From Candidatus Bathyarchaeia archaeon (GTDB lineage Archaea; Thermoproteota; Bathyarchaeia; Bathyarchaeales; Bathycorpusculaceae), in NCBI GenBank assembly GCA_038883775.1, contig JAVZLM010000001.1, positions 128,001 through 192,000 of the forward strand: a DNA stretch of 64,000 nt, given 5' to 3'. The notes beneath the pieces were generated by a model. The model made no database searches. It was not told the DNA's origin and worked only from the letters and a program-made list of their open reading frames with translations. The translations under genes and the position numbers were made by a program. Below are positions 1-9,871 of this stretch, piece after piece (the first letter of the stretch is position 1; each line of letters begins with the position of its first letter).

Positions 1-2
1 CC

Positions 3-2075
3 CGCGCAGCCGTTGTAGAGTTTGCCACACAAAGAGAAATCGCAGAAACAGTAGCTTCGGAAGAAAAAGCCTTAAGAAGCATAGAAGAACTAGGCGAGTT
101 AGGCGTAATTCCAGGCGTTTATGGAAGACTCCGCAAGCTCATCAAAATTGACAAGACTTATCAACAAGCAATTGAGGCTGCTGCGGCAGGATGGCTTGAC
201 GCCATAGTTGTTAAAGATTTTGACTCAGCCTTCACCTGCGCAGAAACTTTGAGAAGAATGAAATTGGGGAGAATAAAAATAATCCCACTGCAAGGAACAT
301 TAACTCCTAAAACCATAAAAATCCCAGAAAAAGAGGGCATAAACGGCGCAGCCCCCTACTTTATAAAATGCGAAAAACATTACGAGCCAGCCATAAACTT
401 TGTTTTCGGCGACACGCTAATTGTTTCGGATGATAAAACGGCCTTTGCACTCTCAAGCGAAGGTTACAGAGCAGTCACGGTTAATGGAGACCTTTATGAG
501 GCTGGCGGTGCTGCTCTCGAAGGTGGCTATTATCGGGCTCCAATCGACTTTTCCACAATTATTCCAAGCGAAGTAGCCATAAAAAGCCTCGACGAAGCCG
601 TCAACGCCCTCCAACAACATCTTTCAAGAAGAACAAGCGATATTGCCTCCTTTGAAGAGGAAATAGATAAGACGCGGGTTGAAATTGCACGCTTATCTGA
701 AGCTATAACCACATTAGATAGGGAAATTGCAAGGGTTAAAAGAAGTGTTAAAAGAACAAGGGGCAACGTCCGAAGGGTTGACCGTTACATCTCAAAGTTT
801 GAGAAGGAAATTGAGGATGAAAAGACTCAGATGTGGCTGAACAAGGCTGAAAGAAGCTCCATACAGAAAGAATTAAGGAAACTTCAAGATGAGCTAACTT
901 CTCTTAGGCGCAAAACAGACCCATCGCACATTCAAGAATTAGAGGTTAAAAGAGAGAAGCTTTCAGAAGAAATTATCATTTTAAGGCAGAAGCTGGGCAC
1001 GCTTCAAACTGAAATTTCAACCCTTCAATCCCAATTCGACAATGTTTTAAGAGTCGGTTATAAAAACGCAAAAATTGAACTTGGTAAAGTCGAACAACAG
1101 CTTAGAAGGGTTGAGAAGGAAGTTGCTGATGCATTGCAAGAACGGGAATCGCTAAAGCAAGAGCTTTCAGAACTGGAGAAAAGCCGTATTGAGCTTTCTA
1201 AAACAGTTTTCTCCGCAAGGGAGGAAGCTAAAAAATTCACTGCACAAATAGATGACATCGATAAAGAGCTTCGAAAGCTTGACTCAGAATACGAACAAGC
1301 AGACCGCTTATTAAACCAGCTTCAGCTTAACATTCAAACATCTCTACTTCAGCTTGAGCAATACAAAAGCGAGCTTAAACAGCTTGGCTACGAACAGCCC
1401 TTAGACGTAACGCCTAAACAAGTCGAAGAAGCCGAATTGTCGATGAGAATGATGAAGCTTGAACTTGAAAGGATAGGCGCTGTGAACCAGCTTGCCTTAT
1501 CACATTACGCCGAACAAATCTCACGTTATAAAGAGCTATCCTTAAGGTTGAACGAGCTGGAGAGGGAAAAGCAAGCCATAGTCCAGTTCACGGACGAAAT
1601 TGAAAAGAAGAAAAGGAAAGTATTCATGGAAGCCTTTGAAAAAATTAACGCCAACTTGCAAAAATACTTCTCAAAACTCACCGGCGGGGGAAATGCCACC
1701 TTGAAACTTGAGAATCCTGATGAGCCATTTTCTGGCGGAATCGACATGCTAGTTCAGTTTCCCCACAAACCTTCCATAGTTGTAAGCGGAGCAAGCGGCG
1801 GCGAACGCTCTGTTGCGGCTGTCGCCTTCCTTTTCACGCTTAAGGAGATTACGCCCACATCCTTCTACATCCTCGACGAAATAGACGCCCACTTAGACGC
1901 TTTCCACGTTTCAAAGCTTGCCGACCTCCTTGTGGAGGAGTCTGAAAAGACCCAGTTTATAGTCATCACCTTAAAACCTGAAATGGTGAATAAGGCTCAG
2001 AAGGTTTATGGAGTTTATGAACGCAATGGAGTTTCAAATGTTATTTCAGCCAAATTCTTAGAGGTGCCAAGCTGA
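3..2075 (+). CDS. smc: Chromosome segregation protein SMC (5'-truncated by window edge)
   Basis: Frame open from base 3 (hinge region GVYGRLRKLI...G); long coiled coil; C-terminal head with SGGE signature and LDEIDAHLD Walker B/D-loop; followed by scpA/scpB. Confidence 0.95.
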   Translation, partial: RAAVVEFATQREIAETVASEEKALRSIEELGELGVIPGVYGRLRKLIKIDKTYQQAIEAAAAGWLDAIVVKDFDSAFTCAETLRRMKLGRIKIIPLQGTLTPKTIKIPEKEGINGAAPYFIKCEKHYEPAINFVFGDTLIVSDDKTAFALSSEGYRAVTVNGDLYEAGGAALEGGYYRAPIDFSTIIPSEVAIKSLDEAVNALQQHLSRRTSDIASFEEEIDKTRVEIARLSEAITTLDREIARVKRSVKRTRGNVRRVDRYISKFEKEIEDEKTQMWLNKAERSSIQKELRKLQDELTSLRRKTDPSHIQELEVKREKLSEEIIILRQKLGTLQTEISTLQSQFDNVLRVGYKNAKIELGKVEQQLRRVEKEVADALQERESLKQELSELEKSRIELSKTVFSAREEAKKFTAQIDDIDKELRKLDSEYEQADRLLNQLQLNIQTSLLQLEQYKSELKQLGYEQPLDVTPKQVEEAELSMRMMKLELERIGAVNQLALSHYAEQISRYKELSLRLNELEREKQAIVQFTDEIEKKKRKVFMEAFEKINANLQKYFSKLTGGGNATLKLENPDEPFSGGIDMLVQFPHKPSIVVSGASGGERSVAAVAFLFTLKEITPTSFYILDEIDAHLDAFHVSKLADLLVEESEKTQFIVITLKPEMVNKAQKVYGVYERNGVSNVISAKFLEVPS

Positions 2076-2773
2076 TGGCAACCACTACGGTTAAAAAGCC
2101 TTTTTATCTTCGTCCTCCATGGAACATTCTCTTTGATTTTCATAAGCTTGAGAGGCTTACCCCTTGGCACATAAACATAGCCTATTTATTGACAAGCTTT
2201 CTTGAAGAGATGGAAAAATCTGGACAGATAGATTTTAGAGCCTCTGGTGTGGCGCTTGATTCTTCAGCCCTTATATACCTTATGAAGTCAAAACTTTTGT
2301 TAAAACTTGAAGAGCCGCCACCGCCAAAAACTCCGCAGGATTTTATTCCGCCACCCTTATTTTTGCCGCTTAGGCATGAGTTAACTTCAACTACAATAAG
2401 GCATCTGCTGGAAGTTTTGGATGACGTCTTAAAAAGTGAAGGTTTGGTTCGTTTCGAAAAAGTTGTTGAGGAAAGTGTTCTTCCAACGCCTTCTGAAATT
2501 CTGCCTCAGCTAGACTTGTATTTGATGGAAATTGAGGTGCAGATGGAGAAGCTTTATACCTCTCTTGTAGAAAGGGTTAAGGGAGCAGGAATAATCGAGT
2601 TTTCAACTTTCATAAAGGGTTTAAGTCGCCTTGAAGCCATCCGCGATTTCATCTTGTTGTTGTTTTTGGCGCAGAATGGAAAAGTAAGCCTTTGGCAGAA
2701 CGAAGAAACCGAAGAAATATACATAACTATCGGGGATTTGAAACTTGCAGAAGGCGGAGAAACCAGCGCTTAA
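2075..2773 (+). CDS. scpA: Segregation and condensation protein A (kleisin)
   Basis: PWHINI N-terminal motif, C-terminal F..LLFLA..GKV.L.Q winged helix; start overlaps smc stop (TGATG). Confidence 0.88.
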   Translation: MATTTVKKPFYLRPPWNILFDFHKLERLTPWHINIAYLLTSFLEEMEKSGQIDFRASGVALDSSALIYLMKSKLLLKLEEPPPPKTPQDFIPPPLFLPLRHELTSTTIRHLLEVLDDVLKSEGLVRFEKVVEESVLPTPSEILPQLDLYLMEIEVQMEKLYTSLVERVKGAGIIEFSTFIKGLSRLEAIRDFILLLFLAQNGKVSLWQNEETEEIYITIGDLKLAEGGETSA

Positions 2774-3347
2774 TTTGAGCGTCGAGTCCCCTAAAGGGCA
2801 AGATGCGGAGAAAATGAAGCATGACTTAGCCCTATTAGAGGCTGCGCTATATGTAGCTGGGCGCCCCTTAAACTTAAACGAATTATGTTCGGTTTTGAAG
2901 ACTCGTTCAAAGAATAAGGTTAGAAAACTTGCTAAGGAGCTTATGAAAGCCTATGCGAATAGGAATACTGCCCTCGAAATTTTAGAGTTGAAGGATGAAC
3001 GGTATGTTTTGCAGTTGAAAGCCGATTTCACGCCTTATGTTAGAAAATTCGTTAACAGACCCTTGCTTTCCCTTGGTCCTTTGAAAACCCTTTCCTACAT
3101 AGCCTATAGACAACCTGTATCCCAAAAAAGAGTCGTTGAGGTTCGGGGACACCACGCTTACATTCACATAAGGATGTTGAAGGAGATGGGTTTGGTTGCT
3201 GCTGAAAGAAGCGGACGCTCAACAGTTCTTAGAACTACAGAATATTTTGCAGACTACTTCGGTTTAAGCCATGATGTTGCTGTTATGAAGAAAGAGTTGA
3301 AACATGTTTTTGAAGACTACTCAAAACAAGAGAAGCCTCAATCATAG
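2745..3347 (+). CDS. scpB: Segregation and condensation protein B
   Basis: LEAALY, L.TLSYIAYRQPV, VRG, TT..F.DYFGL motifs; operon context. Confidence 0.93.
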   Translation: MQKAEKPALNLSVESPKGQDAEKMKHDLALLEAALYVAGRPLNLNELCSVLKTRSKNKVRKLAKELMKAYANRNTALEILELKDERYVLQLKADFTPYVRKFVNRPLLSLGPLKTLSYIAYRQPVSQKRVVEVRGHHAYIHIRMLKEMGLVAAERSGRSTVLRTTEYFADYFGLSHDVAVMKKELKHVFEDYSKQEKPQS

Positions 3348-3415
3348 TATGGATAGGTTTATATGCATAAAAGACGGTGTTAGTGAACACTTAAGATTAA
3401 AAAGGGAAAATAGAA

Positions 3416-3814
3416 ATGTCGGTTTGGCATGGCGATTTACATAAGAGAAAACCTTCTGGAGGCAGAAAGAGAGCCTATAGAAGCAAAAGAAAATTTGAAG
3501 AGGGAAGATTTCCAACAGAAACAACCCTTGGCGAACCCAAAAAGAAAATGGTTAAGGGAAGAGGCAAAACCATAAAAATCAAGGCTTTAAGTGACAAGTA
3601 CGCTTGCGTAACCGACCCAAAAAGTGGAAAAACAGAAAAAGTCGAAATTATCCGTGTTGCCAAAAACCCAGTTAACATCGATTATGACCGCAGAGGCGTA
3701 ATAACAAAAGGCGCAATAATCGAAACCTCCTTAGGCTTAGCCCGCGTTACGTCCCGTCCAGGACAAGATGGGGTAATAAATGCTGTTCTCTTAGGCGAAG
3801 AAGAAAAGAGCTAA
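3416..3814 (+). CDS. rps8e: 30S ribosomal protein S8e
   Basis: KRKPSGG, RRGVITKGAII, TSRPGQDGVINAVL. Confidence 0.97.
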   Translation: MSVWHGDLHKRKPSGGRKRAYRSKRKFEEGRFPTETTLGEPKKKMVKGRGKTIKIKALSDKYACVTDPKSGKTEKVEIIRVAKNPVNIDYDRRGVITKGAIIETSLGLARVTSRPGQDGVINAVLLGEEEKS

Positions 3815-3821
3815 CCCTAAT

Positions 3822-4124
3822 CTATTTTGTTGTTGCAGTGGCGCTTCGCATTTTTGTCAACTGCTTTGCAATTTTCTTAATTATCCGAGTTTTTGCTTCC
3901 TTTTTCTTTATTAGGAGTATACCAGTTTTTTGCCAAGGTGTTTTCGGATAACCAGAATCCGAAACAATTTCATATTCTAAGCCAATTTTTTCCACAGCCT
4001 CTTTTAACTCTAAAATCTTCGGTGAGGGAACCGCCAAACTTTTAGGAACACGTCTACCGTCATTTCTTGTTTTTGTTGAGTCGAAGTATGCTGGCCAAAT
4101 AACGATTTTTTCTGTTTTGCGCAT
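3822..4124 (-). CDS. srp19: Signal recognition particle protein SRP19
   Basis: IWPAYFDS..TR..GRRVPK.LAV..P, YP..PW. Confidence 0.95.
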   Translation of the reverse strand: MRKTEKIVIWPAYFDSTKTRNDGRRVPKSLAVPSPKILELKEAVEKIGLEYEIVSDSGYPKTPWQKTGILLIKKKEAKTRIIKKIAKQLTKMRSATATTK

Positions 4125-4137
4125 GCCTTATTCGCCT

Positions 4138-5892
4138 CTATTTGTGAGCGTAATAAGCTGTTAATTTCATGTTAACCTTGTCTATTCTGACAAAGCCGAA
4201 CCTTTCAAACTGTATTATGGTGTTTGGCTTCAAACTTTTGCAAAGGTTTTCGGCTATGCCTTCTGCTAATGTTGCGTCTGGCATAACCACTTGGCATGGA
4301 ATGTCTTCGCCTATGGGTATCCAATGAATCAGTTGCGCCTTAGCTTTTCTTGCCTCTTCGTAGGATTCGCTGACAAAGGAGGCTTCAGCAGAATACGTCT
4401 CTACCTTTTCGATTTCCACATTAAACAACTCCATTAGGCGAATTATGTTGCCAATTTTTGAAGCTTCCACATCCTTCCGTGAAACCCAAAAGGTTGCAAT
4501 GCTCCCGTCTTCTTTGGGTTTTATAGTGTATTCTCTGAAGCCTCTTTCGGGATGTTCTGGATGCAAGGGAAGTCTTGCCTTAAACTCTTTTGGAATTTGC
4601 TTCACTGTTAACTCTATCGGGTTGTCTACGAAAAAGTATCTGTCGGCTGTTGCGTCCAAAATTTTGCGGTTGTAAGCGTACAAGTTTTCCCAACTTAAAA
4701 TCACGTCTGAAGTTTTGGGTCCAACATCAACTATCATCTTCTTAATGGCTTCGGGCGTGATTCCACGTTTTCGCATTGCTGCAAAAGTTGCCAAGCGTGG
4801 GTCGTCCCAATCTTTATATAGGCCTTCTCTTATTCCTTGAACAATTTTTGACTTGCTTAAAGAAGCTCCAGTTATTTTAAGCCTACCGTAATGTATGGCT
4901 TCTGGATATTGCCATCCCAAATATTTATACATGTATTCTTGCCGAACCATGTTTGTTAGGTGCTCTTTGCCTCGGATTATGTGGGTTACGCCCATAAGGT
5001 GGTCGTCTAAACCGCATGCAAAATTGTAAAGGGGCCAAACATGGTATTTGCTTCCAACCCTTGGATGCGGATATTTTTCTGAATCTATAATGCGAAGCGC
5101 TGGCCAGTCTCTAACGGCGGGGTTTGGATGGTTCAAATCTGTTTTTATTCGGAATACGGCTTCACCTTCTTTGTAATCGCCTTTTAGCATGTGTTGCCAT
5201 CTCTCAAATTGCTCCTCTGGCGGCAAATTACGGCATCTGCAAGGCTGATTGGCTAATGTTTTCTTTCTAAATTGTTCTGGCGGGCATGTACAAACATAAG
5301 CATTGCCTTCTCGAAGCAATCTTTCAGCAAACTCGTAATAAATTGGAATTCTGTCGCTTTGAATATACTCTTCATCAGGTTTGCATCCAAGCCAAGCCAA
5401 ATCCTCTCGGATACGGTCATAAAACTCCAAAACAGGCTTTTTCAACTTTGGGTCTGTATCCTCAAAACGCAAAATGAACTTGCCCTTATACATGTGGGCG
5501 TATTCATGGCATAATATTATGGCTCTTGCTGAACCCAAATGTAGTACACAATCTGGGTTTGGCGAAAACCGCGTGACAACTTTGGCATACTTGTCCACAT
5601 TCGGCAATGGCGGAAGGCGTTTCTCTTCTTCCACTTTCTCCTTTACAAGAGCTTCTGGCCATTTCTCTTCAACTATACGCTTTTGTTCTGTTAGGGATAG
5701 GCTGTTTACTTCTTGAACTATGGCGTTGACAAGGGCGGATAATTCTTTAACTCTTGTTTTTAATTCTGGTTTTTCGCCTAAAATTTTTCCGATTACGGGT
5801 CCAGCTTGGGCTTTTCCTTCATGCCTAACAGCATTTAGCAAAGCGATTTTTCGAATACTCTCTTTAAGTTCGGCATCATTTTCTAACTTCAA
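4138..5892 (-). CDS. gltX: Glutamyl-tRNA synthetase (archaeal type); start TTG 5892 or 5925
   Basis: TRFSPNPD..LHLGS (HIGH-like), LRFEDTDP, THIIRGKEH, LSKS, QFERFGF. Confidence 0.95.
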   Translation of the reverse strand: MKLENDAELKESIRKIALLNAVRHEGKAQAGPVIGKILGEKPELKTRVKELSALVNAIVQEVNSLSLTEQKRIVEEKWPEALVKEKVEEEKRLPPLPNVDKYAKVVTRFSPNPDCVLHLGSARAIILCHEYAHMYKGKFILRFEDTDPKLKKPVLEFYDRIREDLAWLGCKPDEEYIQSDRIPIYYEFAERLLREGNAYVCTCPPEQFRKKTLANQPCRCRNLPPEEQFERWQHMLKGDYKEGEAVFRIKTDLNHPNPAVRDWPALRIIDSEKYPHPRVGSKYHVWPLYNFACGLDDHLMGVTHIIRGKEHLTNMVRQEYMYKYLGWQYPEAIHYGRLKITGASLSKSKIVQGIREGLYKDWDDPRLATFAAMRKRGITPEAIKKMIVDVGPKTSDVILSWENLYAYNRKILDATADRYFFVDNPIELTVKQIPKEFKARLPLHPEHPERGFREYTIKPKEDGSIATFWVSRKDVEASKIGNIIRLMELFNVEIEKVETYSAEASFVSESYEEARKAKAQLIHWIPIGEDIPCQVVMPDATLAEGIAENLCKSLKPNTIIQFERFGFVRIDKVNMKLTAYYAHK

Positions 5893-5908
5893 AGGTTTTG
5901 CACTCTGT

Positions 5909-6982
5909 TTAGATTCTTCTTTCAATTAGGAATTTCGCGAAGGCATTTATCTTTTCCTTTGCCTCAGAATGTGGCAGAAGCCTTTCAACTTCCTTCCAAC
6001 TTTCTTCAACAATTTTTCTTGCAAAATTTTTTGCATAATCTATGGAGTCGTATTTTTCCATGATTTTTATGGCTTCGTCTTTCAGTTTTTGGTTTGAAGT
6101 GTGCATGTTAAGAATTTCAATAAGCCTTTCCTTATCTTTGGCGTCTGCCGCTTTCAAAGTGTGAATTACGATTAGGCTTCTTTTTCCTTCTGTTATATCT
6201 TGTCCACGTCCACCTTTCTTTTCTGCAAATTCTTCGCCTGTCAAATCCAATATGTCGTCTTGCATTTGGAACGCTACGCCTATACTTTCAGCGAAATGTC
6301 CAAGTTTATCTGTTAATTCTTCGTTGGCGTCTGCTAGAACCGCTGCTATTTTTGCTGACATTCTCGCTAAGGTTCCAGTTTTGTAGGCGCACATTTGTAA
6401 ATAATCCCTTTCTTCCAGTTTGTTTGCGTTTGCTATGCCCCTGTGCCACGCAATGTCCATGGCTTGTCCCAGGCTTAGGCTAATCATTTCTTGCACGTAA
6501 ATTTCGTAAACTTTGCATAATTTTTCTTTTGAGATTTTATCTCTATTTTTTATTAAGGGGAGAAGCGGAAGGTAATACATGGCATTTCCAGCGTTTATGG
6601 CTATGTCTAAACCGTAAATTTTGTATGTGCATGGTTTTCCCCTTCTGAATTCTGAGGCGTCCTCTACGTCGTCAACCATTAACGTTCCGTTGTGGATTAC
6701 TTCTGGGATTATGGCGAAATCAACAAAATCCTTTGGATTTTTACCCAAAGCCTCAATAATTAATAAGAAAAGCGCTGGACGCCACCGCTTTCCACCCCTC
6801 TCAAGAAACTCCCAGATTGGTTCAGCAATTGCCTTGTTTAATGCTTCCAGATTATGCGAATAGCTTGGTGGGTTCAATTTGAAAATTACGGCGTCTTTTG
6901 TGAATTTTCTTGGAATATATTTTTCAATGGTTTTATCAATTAAAGCAGCTTTTTCCTCAAGAAATTTTTCAACATCAAAAAT
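5909..6982 (-). CDS. idsA: Geranylgeranyl diphosphate/polyprenyl synthase; probable ATT start at 6982 (first TTG at 6877)
   Basis: GGKRWRP, DDVED..RRG (FARM), QMQDDILD (SARM), KT motif; frame stays open upstream of 6877 as IFDVEKFLEEKAALIDKTIEKYIP. Confidence 0.9.
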   Translation of the reverse strand: MFDVEKFLEEKAALIDKTIEKYIPRKFTKDAVIFKLNPPSYSHNLEALNKAIAEPIWEFLERGGKRWRPALFLLIIEALGKNPKDFVDFAIIPEVIHNGTLMVDDVEDASEFRRGKPCTYKIYGLDIAINAGNAMYYLPLLPLIKNRDKISKEKLCKVYEIYVQEMISLSLGQAMDIAWHRGIANANKLEERDYLQMCAYKTGTLARMSAKIAAVLADANEELTDKLGHFAESIGVAFQMQDDILDLTGEEFAEKKGGRGQDITEGKRSLIVIHTLKAADAKDKERLIEILNMHTSNQKLKDEAIKIMEKYDSIDYAKNFARKIVEESWKEVERLLPHSEAKEKINAFAKFLIERRI

Positions 6983-6985
6983 GGT

Positions 6986-8092
6986 TCATTTCCTCCCTCT
7001 CTTCGCATAACTTTCCACATTGAATCCTCTAGCCTTAAGCCATTCCGCCGTCTTGCCAGTTATAACAATTGGAGTTTCCCGTAAAGCTTTAATGGAATCT
7101 GCTCCCACAAGAAACATTCCATTCTTCAACTCATCAATTAAAAGCGAAAGAACACGCAGTGTTTCTTTAACCCCTTTAGAGGCTGCTCTAAGAATTGGCT
7201 GCGACAAGCTTGTTAGGCTTCCACCTAACGCTAAGGCCTTAGCAGCATCCAGACCATTGCGAATTCCTCCAGAAGCAATTACTGGAATACTTACCGTTTG
7301 AGAAACTTCAGCAACGCTTATGGCTGTTGGAATGCCCCAGTCCCAAAACACATATCCCAATCTGCGTTGAACATAATTTTCTAATCCCATTGCACGGTAA
7401 TACTCCACAGCTGCAAAGCTTGTTCCACCAGCCCCACTGACATCAATTCCTTTCACACCTGCAGCCTCAAGTTTTTTTGCTTCTTCTGCAGCGATTCCAG
7501 CGCCAGTTTCCTTTGCGATGACTGGTTTGTCAATTTTTTCTGCAATTTCGCCGATCTTTTCAAGAATTCCCTTAAAGTTTGTTTGACCTTCTGGTTGGAT
7601 GGCCTCTTGCAGCGGGTTTAAATGTATTGCTATGGCATCCGCATCAATCATTTCTATGGCTTTTTTCACTTCTCTTAGGCCGTAGCCTTGGTTTAGCTGG
7701 ACTCCGCCGATGTTGGCAATAAGAAAGGCTTTTGGAGCCTTTTTTCTTGCTATCGCAAAGGTTTTTTCGAGTTTTTTGTCTTCTATGGCTGCTCGTTGGC
7801 TTCCAACACCCATCCCTAACCCTAACTCTTCCACCGCTTCTGCTATTGCAGCGTTAATTTTTGTTGCTTCCGCGGTTCCGCCTGTTATTGCGCCTACTAT
7901 TATTGGTGCGGCAAACTTGTGGTTGAAAACCGTTGTGGACAAGTCTATTTTTTCTTTGTCAATTTCTGGCAAAGCCCTATGAATAAAATGGATGTCTTCG
8001 AAGCCTGTTGTGGTTTTTCTTGTTTGAACATGCTGGTTTAAGGCGATTTTAATGTGCTCTGCTTTCCGTTTTATTGTTTCCTTAGCCAACAT
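6986..8092 (-). CDS. fni: Isopentenyl-diphosphate delta-isomerase type 2
   Basis: RK.EHI, TGG, GVGSQR, HLNPLQE..QPEG, KETGAG, GAGGTS, SGGIRNG. Confidence 0.96.
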   Translation of the reverse strand: MLAKETIKRKAEHIKIALNQHVQTRKTTTGFEDIHFIHRALPEIDKEKIDLSTTVFNHKFAAPIIVGAITGGTAEATKINAAIAEAVEELGLGMGVGSQRAAIEDKKLEKTFAIARKKAPKAFLIANIGGVQLNQGYGLREVKKAIEMIDADAIAIHLNPLQEAIQPEGQTNFKGILEKIGEIAEKIDKPVIAKETGAGIAAEEAKKLEAAGVKGIDVSGAGGTSFAAVEYYRAMGLENYVQRRLGYVFWDWGIPTAISVAEVSQTVSIPVIASGGIRNGLDAAKALALGGSLTSLSQPILRAASKGVKETLRVLSLLIDELKNGMFLVGADSIKALRETPIVITGKTAEWLKARGFNVESYAKRGRK

Positions 8093-8892
8093 TATTCCTT
8101 CTCTATTAAGGTGCCTTCCGCCTTTTCTCCTTTTAACGTTTTATAGATATAATTTGGTTTTGCAGCATTAACAATTGTTATTGGAATTCCCTTTTCTACG
8201 GCTGGTATAAGCTCAGTTATTTTGCCAAACATTCCACCCGTGACATCGCATGCTGTAGGTTTGCCAAGATTCGCTTGAAACTTTTTCAATTCTTCCAATG
8301 TTAAATGCTTGAATAATTTTGCTGTTTTCTTCACTTTTGGGTCAGAGTCATATAATCCGTCAACATCCACACCAATAATGATTCGGTTTGCATTAAGCCT
8401 CGTAGCAATATGAGAAACAAGCTGGTCTCCTGACAAAATTGCGAATCCCCACTCTACATCTAAGACGGCGTCGCCAAAAGTGACTGGCAAAAAGCCCATT
8501 TTTAAAAAAGCCCTTAAGGGAGCATCTTCAAAGCATTGGATTCTGCCCTGTTTCGTCATTATGCACGATGAAGGTGTTATGCTTACGGCTGGGACTTCGC
8601 GCCAAATTAGTGCGTCCATGAATAAGCCGTTAAGAACAGTCATAAAATGATGGGTTTCTGCAAAACCTATCCTTTGGCTTTCTTCTTTAAATCCAGCATT
8701 TATACCATATTTTTGGGCAGCGGGATGCCCGAAGCTTCCGCCTCCATGCACAATCACCAAGTTTTTAACGTTAGCGTCATGGATTTCTTGTGCTAAGCGG
8801 TTTATGTCTTGCATTTTCGCTGCAAGTTCTCCGCTTTTGTCTGTAATCACGGAACCGCCAATCTTCAATATTGTAGGGTTAAGCTCGCTCAA
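8092..8892 (-). CDS. ipk: Isopentenyl phosphate kinase (likely TTG start 8892)
   Basis: LKIGGSVITDK, HGGGSFGH, SGD, DVTGGM; located between mvk and fni. Confidence 0.92.
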   Translation of the reverse strand: MSELNPTILKIGGSVITDKSGELAAKMQDINRLAQEIHDANVKNLVIVHGGGSFGHPAAQKYGINAGFKEESQRIGFAETHHFMTVLNGLFMDALIWREVPAVSITPSSCIMTKQGRIQCFEDAPLRAFLKMGFLPVTFGDAVLDVEWGFAILSGDQLVSHIATRLNANRIIIGVDVDGLYDSDPKVKKTAKLFKHLTLEELKKFQANLGKPTACDVTGGMFGKITELIPAVEKGIPITIVNAAKPNYIYKTLKGEKAEGTLIEKE

Positions 8893-9865
8893 TCCTTGCT
8901 CCCTCATCCGTTTTTCTTGCAATAAAAGGAGTTCCACCAGCCCTTCTGATGGCTTCTGAAACTTCTTCAAGTTTTTCATTTCTTGCTAAGGCTATCATGC
9001 ACCCGCCACCGCCTGCCCCAGTTAATTTCGCTCCTAGAGCTCCGGCTTTTCTTGCAGCATTTATTAGCCACTCTAAAGATTCATCTGACACTCCCACTCC
9101 ATAAAGGAGTGCATGGTTTATGTTCATCAACTCTCCCAAAGTTTCCAAATCCTTCTCACTAAGAGCTTCTAAAGCCCTCATTACAATTTGGCGGGCTGCC
9201 CAAGTGAGCGATTCCATTATCTGTGGATATTTTTCTCTTAACTCCCTTACTTTATCGACTTGAACACGTGTAGACCTTTCTATACCCGTGTCTCCAATGA
9301 CAAGTGGAATATCCATTTTCACCTCTAATGGTTTAAATCCGGTATCCATCTGAAACAGTAAGGCTCCACCAAAAGTGGCGATTGCCGGGTCTATCCCTGA
9401 GGGGGTGCCATGCACGATTTTTTCTGCTTCGTAAGTTATGCGAAAAACTTCTTCCTTAGAAATGTTAACATCCAACAAGTTGCTTACAGCCATGGTTACT
9501 GCGGCTACCACGGCGGCTGAAGACCCTAAGCCAGCAGCAACGGGAACAGTTGAGTTGATTTCAATGCTTAATCCAGCGGTTTCGCCGTGTTTTTCTAAAA
9601 CTTTTTCGACAGCAAGCCTAACTGGTTCAAATTTTATCCTCGCCTGTTTTGGGTCGCCCTTTTCGATTTTGAAATTTTCTCCTTCGAAGTATGCTGCAAA
9701 ATTTAGGTTTGACGAGCGTATGTAAAGGCGTTTGTCGCTGCGGTTTTCTGCTTTTGCGTAAGCTCTTTTATCTATGGCTATGACCATGGCTGGTTCGCCG
9801 TAGACAACGAAGTGTTCTCCAAAAAGTATAACTTTGGCTGGAGCTGACGCAACAACCTCCATCAT
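8879..9865 (-). CDS. mvk: Mevalonate kinase
   Basis: APAKVILFGEHFVVYG, GLGSSAA, PSGID, KLTGAGGGGC GHMP motifs. Confidence 0.96.
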   Translation of the reverse strand: MMEVVASAPAKVILFGEHFVVYGEPAMVIAIDKRAYAKAENRSDKRLYIRSSNLNFAAYFEGENFKIEKGDPKQARIKFEPVRLAVEKVLEKHGETAGLSIEINSTVPVAAGLGSSAAVVAAVTMAVSNLLDVNISKEEVFRITYEAEKIVHGTPSGIDPAIATFGGALLFQMDTGFKPLEVKMDIPLVIGDTGIERSTRVQVDKVRELREKYPQIMESLTWAARQIVMRALEALSEKDLETLGELMNINHALLYGVGVSDESLEWLINAARKAGALGAKLTGAGGGGCMIALARNEKLEEVSEAIRRAGGTPFIARKTDEGARIERA

Positions 9866-9871
9866 ACACCA

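Noticed and set aside
6986-6988. Selenocysteine UGA between fni and idsA
   Set aside because: The codon lies at the normal Fni C-terminus, not at a Cys-equivalent site; no SECIS-like element seen
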